A DNA stretch of 64,000 nucleotides from Magallana gigas (Eukaryota): the NCBI RefSeq assembly GCF_963853765.1, contig NC_088862.1:9486001-9550000 (forward strand), written 5' to 3'. The notes under the pieces were generated by a model. It searched no databases, was not told where the DNA came from, and worked only from the letters and a program-made list of their open reading frames with translations. The position numbers and the translations under genes were made by a program. Positions 35,583-42,495 of the stretch are shown here, piece by piece. The first letter of the stretch is position 1; each line of letters begins with the position of its first letter.

Positions 35583-35941
35583 TTTGGTACAATTTGTAAA
35601 AGTTTCCTTAAAACTAAATTAAGAAGAGACCCTCCTTTTTGTTTCAACAACAATTGTCTTCTTTTTTTATTACTCTGAGGTTTGACTAGTTTTCTCAAGA
35701 TGTGCTTCTTAGTAGAGAGTTCTTGCTTCTGAGAAGGGGACAAAGGAATGTTACCTTTTAATAGGTTATAAACAACCTCACAAATTTTATGAATGCAATC
35801 ACCACTGCAATTTTTTAACACTTCATTTCTTAATTTCCCTGAGGTTTCAGGAGACACTAAGACTTGAAACATAGGCATGTGAGGTCTCAACCGGCATTCA
35901 CAAGACGTATTCTTCTTTTTCTTCTTCATATCTGAAGCCAT
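35579..35941 (-). CDS. Conserved small basic Maverick protein (120 aa)
   Basis: ICEVVYNLLKGNIPLS....L...K..LRKL...KKRR.LL.QKGG; TATAAAAG upstream; ATGA overlap with the next ORF. Confidence 0.82.
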   Translation of the reverse strand: MASDMKKKKKNTSCECRLRPHMPMFQVLVSPETSGKLRNEVLKNCSGDCIHKICEVVYNLLKGNIPLSPSQKQELSTKKHILRKLVKPQSNKKRRQLLLKQKGGSLLNLVLRKLLQIVPK

Positions 35942-35996
35942 GATGAAAAACTGATAAAAATCTCTTTTTTAAACGTCTTTTATAGGGAATTTTTTT

Positions 35997-37181
35997 TTAT
36001 CTATTCAAAAAGGTACTGATAGAAGGAAGATGAGCAGTAGCCATATGACGATCGTAATTTTCTTTCAATCGGAATCCAACACCATCGTGAGGGCAAACAT
36101 ATTTTAAACCTTTCAATCCTTTATTCACCGGATCAGGATCATAAACTTTCTCCCATGGTTTTTTTAACCCCGCAAAAGGATCTTTGGCTTTTTTCAATTT
36201 CAGAGAGGGTCTACGCTTAGGGCTAGAGGCAACAGGCACTTCAGGAGATACAGGTCCCGTTAAAGGGGAGAACGGAAGAATCTGATGAAATAATGAGGGT
36301 GACGGAGAAGATCTTGTGGGGGTAGACGTCAATATATTGTCACTGGTTCTAGCAGCTCCTATGGGTCCTGTCATAGCCCTATCCATTATCTGAACGGCTT
36401 TATCGTCCACGTAAGGGAGAGTAGCATCTAAATCTTCATCTTGATAAGATACATTAGGGGTTACAAGACTTGCAGGGCTTCCAGGGGTGGGGTTCTGATA
36501 AGGCAATCTAACCATCAATTGCATCTTACCCCCAGGAGTTCTAGTTATTTTATCCAAAGGAATTTTAGGCATTCTTTTCTTAAAAGGAAATTTAACAATC
36601 AATTTCTCTCTCTTTCCCCTTTTCTTTTTCTTAGGCTCAGGAGGGGCTACCTCTTGATATTCATCTATCTGATCTATCAGATCTTGATTTTGACCTGTTT
36701 GATCTTGTCGATGTAAATCTACTTGCTCCTGAATCCAATCAGGTAAGTCTTTTCTCAGAGGAGGAGTTTTTACAAAATCTTTTATATTTAATTTCTGTGT
36801 TATTTTCTTCTTTGATTTACTCTTTGCTTTACTCTTTCTAGGTTTAGCAATTCTCTCTTTACTCAGATTCCATTTCAACAAGTGACGAATGATCACCCCG
36901 CCTAAAAATCCAGCACCTCCTCGTTTCAAAATCGCTTTTAATCTATTATCATCATTGACATGTTTATTAGCAATGACGCTCAAATCTTCTCGATGTTTAT
37001 CGATAAAACGTTGAGTTTGCTTATCGATAGGAATAGTCCCTTTCAGCAAATTCTTAGCCCCAATCAAAAACCATTTCAATAAAGTCTTACGACTTAACTC
37101 GATGATCTCTTGTCTCTTTTCTGGATCTCTTTCTCCCTGCAAAAGTTTCAGGAGTCTCAAAATTTTCTTTTGTCCTGCCAT
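35997..37181 (-). CDS. 394-aa protein: N-terminal paralogue of the 120-aa ORF, Pro/Ser-rich linker and degenerate C2H2-like finger
   Basis: NLLKGTIPI versus NLLKGNIPL; C-terminal YVCPHDGVGFRLKENYDRHMATAH; ATG at 37181. Confidence 0.78.
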   Translation of the reverse strand: MAGQKKILRLLKLLQGERDPEKRQEIIELSRKTLLKWFLIGAKNLLKGTIPIDKQTQRFIDKHREDLSVIANKHVNDDNRLKAILKRGGAGFLGGVIIRHLLKWNLSKERIAKPRKSKAKSKSKKKITQKLNIKDFVKTPPLRKDLPDWIQEQVDLHRQDQTGQNQDLIDQIDEYQEVAPPEPKKKKRGKREKLIVKFPFKKRMPKIPLDKITRTPGGKMQLMVRLPYQNPTPGSPASLVTPNVSYQDEDLDATLPYVDDKAVQIMDRAMTGPIGAARTSDNILTSTPTRSSPSPSLFHQILPFSPLTGPVSPEVPVASSPKRRPSLKLKKAKDPFAGLKKPWEKVYDPDPVNKGLKGLKYVCPHDGVGFRLKENYDRHMATAHLPSISTFLNR

Positions 37182-37225
37182 GATGTTCCAAGTCAAAATG
37201 ATATAAATCGTACGTGACCTTTTAT

Positions 37226-37866
37226 TTATATTTCTCTTGGCATATACACCACTAAATTCTCAAACATTTGACTTCTCAATCTCAATTCATCGGGAGTCTG
37301 TGGACTCAAATCTACTAACAGATATCCGTGAGGCATGCGAGTAGCATCTAAATAAGCTGACATTAAATTAGGCATATCTATTTGTCGACTCAAAACCGTG
37401 ATTTGAGATTTGTCTCTGGGATTTTTAAACAACACCATGTAATGAGTATTCAAACTAATCGTCCGGTGTTGAACGGCTCGATCAAATACATTTTGAGTAA
37501 TGTAAATCACACTGGTGTTACGGTGATGAGCTTTGCGAGTAAACCAATCGACAATAGATTCGATGGCTTTCCCCCCCCCATCATATCATCAAAAATTAAA
37601 AGGTGGCGTAGGCTAAAATCACTCACTAATTCCTCGTCGTTTTCTGGTATATCGCGAATAAACTTAACTTGATCTTTTAAACTTTCATAGGCAGGTTGCC
37701 ATTCTCGATAACACCAAACTATTCTGTCTGGGGGAGGGGAGATCCAATGTTTATTTAATATTAAGTTTTTTACAAATTCTGTTTTCCCCGATTTTGAAGG
37801 ACCCGCTACCACCATAGTAAATTCGTGTTTCAATTGAAAAGGAGAGAGTGAATCGTAAGAATACAT
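37226..37866 (-). pseudogene. ATP: A32/FtsK-like genome-packaging ATPase, split by a 1-nt frameshift in a G9 run (37571-37579)
   Basis: Walker A GPSKSGKT and Walker B LLIFDD lie in ORF 37507-37866. The -1 frame continues KAIESIVDWFTRKAHHRNTSVIYITQN...RTISLN.HY.VLFKNPRD into ORF 37226-37510. Restoring one G gives 213 aa. Confidence 0.92.
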
Positions 37867-38042
37867 GATTGGGTATGAGGGAAATGTGACTGGTGTTTCA
37901 TGTTTTATTTCATATTTTGTTTCTATTGTACTGTACTAGATAGCATCTTTTCGAAAAATATGGGTGGCCCTGAAAAGGGCCGTTGGGGCTAGATGGAATT
38001 AGCCTGCCTGGAAAACTGATGGATGGTGCTGCTGCTGGGCTC

Positions 38043-39284
38043 TCAAAACTCTCCCCGGTATCTGCACATGGGGCAAGGGTTAATGGATTGGTAGACCCCT
38101 ACCACGCATATGCAACACACCCGCATCGTCCCACAGTTCTGGCAGCGAATCTGGAGATGCTCCCGCTCCCCGTAGCAGATGACACATTCTCCAGTCAGTT
38201 CTTTCTCAGCCTTGACCGCCCAGCTCGGAATGATGGTAAGGTGGCTGCGGTCATCGATGGGGTGGCGCCCGTGCTGATACAACTCCAGAAATATATCTGG
38301 AGACGGGGTCCTGGATACCGGAACGGCAAGAAGAGGCGGAGACGGGGTCCTGGGAGGCTCAGGCGGAGACGGGGTCCTGGGAGGCTCAGGCGGAGACGGG
38401 GTCCTGGGAGGCTGCACCGAAGGTCCCGGGAAGGTTCTCACCATGGGTGGCTCAATGTTCGGGATAAAATCCCGGAACAGATTCCTGGCCCGAACAAAGG
38501 CGGACTGCTGGGAAGGAGTGAGTCCACGGGGCCTCGTATCCGCCAAAGGGTTGCTGGGACGGGGTCTTCCTCGCCCAACAGGATACGGCCCTCCTCTTCC
38601 ACGTCCGATAGCTCGGGGGGGCGATGGGGGCGATGGCGCTCTCCTCCGGAATGGGGTCCTAGGCTGCGGAGCGGGCTGGAGGGGCGGATTCGCCGGGGAA
38701 AAGGGCCCCGCTGGTCTTACTGGCTGATTGTCAGGACAGGACACTGGCAAACCAAACTGGTGATCTTGGCGGGCCACAAAGTAAGACCGGTCGCAGTGGA
38801 GCCGGTTCGGAGAAAATGGCGGCGGGGAGGGAGGTATCCTTTTCGTAGGCGTATCCGTAGGAGAATAGGGCTCCGACGGATCTGGACTGGCTGGCGACTC
38901 AATCACGGCTGCCTGTCTCGCCGCTGGCTGTCTCACCGCTGGCTGGCTCACCGGAACAGGAATAATGGCGGGTCCTGCTTCTCCAAAGTTGGGTGGCGGC
39001 GGTCTGGCTGGGGGCACAATAGCTGCCGGTCTAGTAGCATCCGGCATCCTCCGCTGGACGTTCTCAGGCAGCTCACTCACCATGATGGGGTTAGGTCGAA
39101 AAAACTCTCCATCCGAGGGGTCCTGGGGATTCGCCTCATCCTCGAAAAGGTGTAGCGGCCTAAAACACACCCGTTCGTACTGCTGCCGAACCGGGTTCCA
39201 CTGGTAATCCCAGAGTTCTATCACCTGCCTGGTGAATAACCGCGGGTAGCTATGGCTAACATGTACTGTTGTGGTAGATTCCAT
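38043..39284 (-). CDS. Pro/Arg-rich protein (413 aa) with C-terminal RING-type (C4C4) zinc finger; putative E3 ubiquitin ligase
   Basis: CVIC-x10-CQNC-x5-CCIC-x10-CPMC at the C-terminus; ATG in aaagATGG context at 39284; markedly GC-rich relative to the rest of the element. Confidence 0.82.
   Translation of the reverse strand: MESTTTVHVSHSYPRLFTRQVIELWDYQWNPVRQQYERVCFRPLHLFEDEANPQDPSDGEFFRPNPIMVSELPENVQRRMPDATRPAAIVPPARPPPPNFGEAGPAIIPVPVSQPAVRQPAARQAAVIESPASPDPSEPYSPTDTPTKRIPPSPPPFSPNRLHCDRSYFVARQDHQFGLPVSCPDNQPVRPAGPFSPANPPLQPAPQPRTPFRRRAPSPPSPPRAIGRGRGGPYPVGRGRPRPSNPLADTRPRGLTPSQQSAFVRARNLFRDFIPNIEPPMVRTFPGPSVQPPRTPSPPEPPRTPSPPEPPRTPSPPLLAVPVSRTPSPDIFLELYQHGRHPIDDRSHLTIIPSWAVKAEKELTGECVICYGEREHLQIRCQNCGTMRVCCICVVGVYQSINPCPMCRYRGEF
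38334..38414. repeat. 3 x 27-bp in-frame tandem repeat inside the RING gene
   Basis: aggcggagacggggtcctgggaggctc three times; encodes PRTPSPPEP-type repeats on the minus strand. Confidence 0.95.
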
Positions 39285-39615
39285 CTTTAAGCGTGATTGT
39301 TGCAAATACTAGGTAACTAGTGAAGTGCGGGGATAGAAAACGCCGCTATTTACGATAAGAAGGCGGAGCTTAACAAAAGGGGCGGAGTTTCAACCCAACT
39401 AAATGACAGTTGTCTAGGAAATCAGAGTTCACAATAGTTCAAGTACCTTGAAATCGACAGTTTCAGCACGCGCTGTGGCTATGACGTCATATCATTGGTT
39501 TTAACTCTTTTGCACTCAAGATACACCATAGAAAAAAATTTTTTTGGTAAATCAATTTTTATTAACATAATAACTCAAATAAAAAAACACATTTTAACTC
39601 AGAACACAAAACATA

Positions 39616-40326
39616 TTAAATCAACTTATACAATTTTTTAATCAAATGTCCAGGCACACTAAAAAGTTCGTAACCGTTGTAAGGAGTACGCCAAAACCAG
39701 GTATACAATTCATAGCGTTTTCTTAAAAGCGGATCAAGGAGATGGCTCATCTCTTCAATACGCCGTTCAAATCGAATCCGGTCTGCTGCAGCGGTCATCC
39801 ATTCACTCGTCCGATCCTCGTTAGGAACTTCGTAAATTTTCAATTCAGGATCAAATCTTACTTTTTTTATTGGGTTTCTTGGCTTTCTTGTTTTAACACA
39901 TCCACGTCGGGGACAATGGCTTCTTCGTCCATGGGCTGAGCGTCCTCGCTGTCGTCCTCTACAATCAAACATTGAGGCATGTCCAGATTTCTCTTTAGTT
40001 TCATGTAGGCAAACTCTAAAGCCGCAATTTTCATTTGATCGATCTGCCGAATTATGTGAGAACATTCTCGTCCTTTTCGGGTAAACATTCTCTTCATACA
40101 ATTCCATTCCTGATATTCTTTTAGAGTCACCCCGGTTAATTTCAGCAGCAACCCTGGTTTGGCTCCCTCGGCTGTCCAATAAATCGTCGGCAATCTTCCG
40201 GTATTCGCGTTTTCCGCAATCATTATCAGTACTTTCTGAAGCCATCTCAGGTTGTCGATTTGTTTGCTCATCTCCACGATCTGTTTCAATCTCTGTCGTT
40301 TCTCCCCGGTCGCCAACGCGTTCCAT
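39616..40326 (-). CDS. GADD34/PPP1R15 (ICP34.5/DP71L)-like PP1 regulatory protein; the N-terminal ~150 codons overlap another ORF
   Basis: KKVRF (RVxF PP1-docking motif, 39853-39867) followed by [19 protein letters not shown], matching the eIF2alpha-binding consensus RxGxWxxxAxDRxRFxxRI at every position except G to S. The true start codon is uncertain. Confidence 0.85.
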   Translation of the reverse strand: MERVGDRGETTEIETDRGDEQTNRQPEMASESTDNDCGKREYRKIADDLLDSRGSQTRVAAEINRGDSKRISGMELYEENVYPKRTRMFSHNSADRSNENCGFRVCLHETKEKSGHASMFDCRGRQRGRSAHGRRSHCPRRGCVKTRKPRNPIKKVRFDPELKIYEVPNEDRTSEWMTAAADRIRFERRIEEMSHLLDPLLRKRYELYTWFWRTPYNGYELFSVPGHLIKKLYKLI

Positions 40327-40373
40327 TTCGTCACCAACAAATACCCTTCAAAGGAAAAACAAGCAATATCCAT
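39867..40373 (-). CDS. Maverick hypothetical protein (168 aa, helical, acidic tail)
   Basis: Strong ATG context (aaatATGG); GAGGGTATATAA box upstream; stop codon embedded in AATAAA. Confidence 0.72.
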   Translation of the reverse strand: MDIACFSFEGYLLVTKWNALATGEKRQRLKQIVEMSKQIDNLRWLQKVLIMIAENANTGRLPTIYWTAEGAKPGLLLKLTGVTLKEYQEWNCMKRMFTRKGRECSHIIRQIDQMKIAALEFAYMKLKRNLDMPQCLIVEDDSEDAQPMDEEAIVPDVDVLKQESQETQ

Positions 40374-40617
40374 ATTTGCTCTAGTATCATACTCTTTTTG
40401 AAATGATAAAAAACCCTCTATTATATACCCTCAGACAAACATGTTTACGAACTTTTTCTCAAGGCCACTACACACCTGCAGGTGTTTACGTCAAACTCAC
40501 TTGTTTTTTTAGGTCAAACAGCTGCAGAAATTTTAACAATAACAACTTCAGTCACGTAAACAACGAGGGTATATAAGACAGGCCTTTTTATTAAATAAAA
40601 TCATTCTATAAAAAATC
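40374..40617. promoter_or_regulatory. Divergent promoter between the 168-aa/GADD34-like locus and the zinc-knuckle gene
   Basis: GAGGGTATATAA on both strands (40421-40432 minus, 40565-40576 plus); ACGTAAACAAC at 40554-40564 plus reverse copies at ~40442 and ~40483; E-boxes CACCTG/CAGGTG/CAGCTG; AGGTCA. Confidence 0.62.
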
Positions 40618-41478
40618 ATGAACTATGATCCATCTCTCTTGACCCAGTCGCAGGATCCCGTAGCCTTAGAAATGGCTGCATATGATCAAGAGGATCCCTC
40701 ATACATGAGCAAGGAAGACTTCGGAATTATAACTACCACTCAAGAAGGAATTCTGAATACCATGCAAGTCATGAGCAATGAAATTGCTAATCATACCGAC
40801 GTCATCTTGAAAAAACTTCAAAAAGGAATTCTGGATATCCTCGAAGTCATGACCAGTGAAATTAGTACTCATACCGATCTCATCTTGAAAAAAATTCAAG
40901 AAATACAGCAAAAAAAAGGAGGAATGACTACCGTTTATAAATGCTATACCTGCGGAGAGGAAGGACACTTTTCACCCGAATGCCCTCACAAAGAAGAATA
41001 CCAAAAGAAAAAGAAAAAAACTAACAGCGCCGAAGAAATCAAACCAAAATTTACCTGCTTCACTTGCGGAGAACAAGGACATTATTCTACCAACTGTCCT
41101 GAAAAAGAAAAAGGAAAACCAGCACCAACTAAATCCAACGAATGCTTCAATTGCGGGGAAGAAGGACACTGGGCTAATAAATGCCCACACGAAAAACAGA
41201 AAAAGAAAACAACAGCACAAAAAAGAAGCGCTTGCTATACTTGCGGAGAAACAGGCCATTGGACCAAGGACTGCCCAAAAATCGAAGAAGTCATTCAAAC
41301 TTCCGATATTGAAGATAATGAACCACCCAAGAAAATCAAAAAAGAGAGAAAAAAACCAACCAAAAAACCTAAAAAAGAAGACTGGGACGAGGAAATGAAA
41401 ATCGAACAAAAAATACCGGGACGAATGAAGAGAATCAACAATCAAAACATGTTCGTGGAGGAACCCGACCTCGATTAA
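40618..41478 (+). CDS. Protein with four CCHC (CX2CX4HX4C) zinc knuckles, nucleocapsid/CNBP-like
   Basis: CYTCGEEGHFSPEC, CFTCGEQGHYSTNC, CFNCGEEGHWANKC, CYTCGETGHWTKDC with Lys-rich linkers; a duplicated ~26-aa N-terminal helix. Confidence 0.9.
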   Translation: MNYDPSLLTQSQDPVALEMAAYDQEDPSYMSKEDFGIITTTQEGILNTMQVMSNEIANHTDVILKKLQKGILDILEVMTSEISTHTDLILKKIQEIQQKKGGMTTVYKCYTCGEEGHFSPECPHKEEYQKKKKKTNSAEEIKPKFTCFTCGEQGHYSTNCPEKEKGKPAPTKSNECFNCGEEGHWANKCPHEKQKKKTTAQKRSACYTCGETGHWTKDCPKIEEVIQTSDIEDNEPPKKIKKERKKPTKKPKKEDWDEEMKIEQKIPGRMKRINNQNMFVEEPDLD

Positions 41479-41608
41479 AAACCGAAATCCGTTAAAGAAA
41501 AGGATTATTTCTTCAATGTAAATACGTTTAATAACTTTAACTTTAACCGTTTATCATTATTTTCTTGTTCTAATTGCATGTTTTCATTCAATAAATTCGT
41601 TTTCACTT

Positions 41609-41725
41609 TATACTGCCTTTGTTTACCTTTATTCAGACGCCATTTTGGATTTGACCTAAATAATATTCGACGCCATTTTGGATTTGACCTCACTTGACCC
41701 CCCTATCTAGGCGCCTTATACTACT
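41609..41725 (-). repeat. Right terminal inverted repeat of the Maverick (117 bp)
   Basis: Exact reverse complement of 20588-20704; followed by CATGTA. Confidence 0.97.
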
Positions 41726-42495
41726 CATGTAACTGTAAATAAAACCAATGAAAGATGTATATTGAGAATCAATTAAAATTCCGATTAATTTCGAATAATT
41801 TGATAACCCTTGATAAAGTTATTTGTGGCTAGCAATTTGTTTGTTAAAAGCATCTACATTGAAGCTCGACTGACCAAAAGCTTAGATGACCAAAATGGCG
41901 GTGTTCTATAATGTAATTGCAGCAATGTTAAGGTAAAAATATTACAAAGAAACGGTTTATCTTTTGAATCAGCTAAACTTCTAGGACATGCAAGTGTTTC
42001 TTTAAACCTTTTAAAATTCGCAGGTTTTCCAAGCAAGATTCAAACGTGATCTTATTTATTCTAACAATTTTACGCAAAATATACTAAAATTGTCTTCTGC
42101 CTGTGCCTACATACATTAAACTCTGTTCATTCTGTTATTCACACTTAGTGGAGAGGGTCTCCAAATCATTACTTTATAAATAGTCATGGTACTTTGGTTG
42201 AAGCTTTATTAAATCAAAGTACTGAAAGTACTGAAAAATGCTAACCTAGCTTGGTTCTAAAGGAAATTTACTTTGTGCAAGCTTAGTTAGAATGAGACTT
42301 ATTGACATAATGTTAATTAATATCAATTGAAGGTATCCAATGCTAGAAGGGTCAAAATGGCGTTGAAGTTGTACTCATCCAAATTTACGTTTCCTTTTAA
42401 TATGCATGTATATTATGATTGATCATATACACTTAAGTTAATTTAAATCACAGCTGAACACGACATGTAAATTGACACTTGCCTGAATCATGATT

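Larger units (their letters stand above)
20588..41725. mobile_element. Maverick/Polinton (adintovirus-like endogenous virus), 21,138 bp, near-intact
   Basis: Termini AGTAGT...ACTACT; identical 117-bp TIRs; 6-bp TSD CATGTA (20582-20587 and 41726-41731); all hallmark genes present (pPolB, INT, PRO, ATPase, major and minor capsid). Confidence 0.98.

Noticed and set aside
37983-39155. 390-aa plus-strand ORF rich in Arg/Gly
   Set aside because: Antisense shadow of the GC-rich, Pro-rich RING gene; no recognisable domain, TTG start, no promoter signal.
20588-41725. Prophage or bacterial contig interpretation of the gene-dense block
   Set aside because: TATA/AATAAA signals, chromodomain integrase, 6-bp TSD and integration in microsatellite-rich animal DNA indicate a eukaryotic Maverick; TTG/GTG starts in the ORF track are artefacts of the caller.
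41891-42362. CAAAATGGCG words outside the right TIR (41891, 42353) as extra Maverick termini
   Set aside because: Only the 10-bp motif is shared; the AGTAGT terminus and TSD define the end at 41725.
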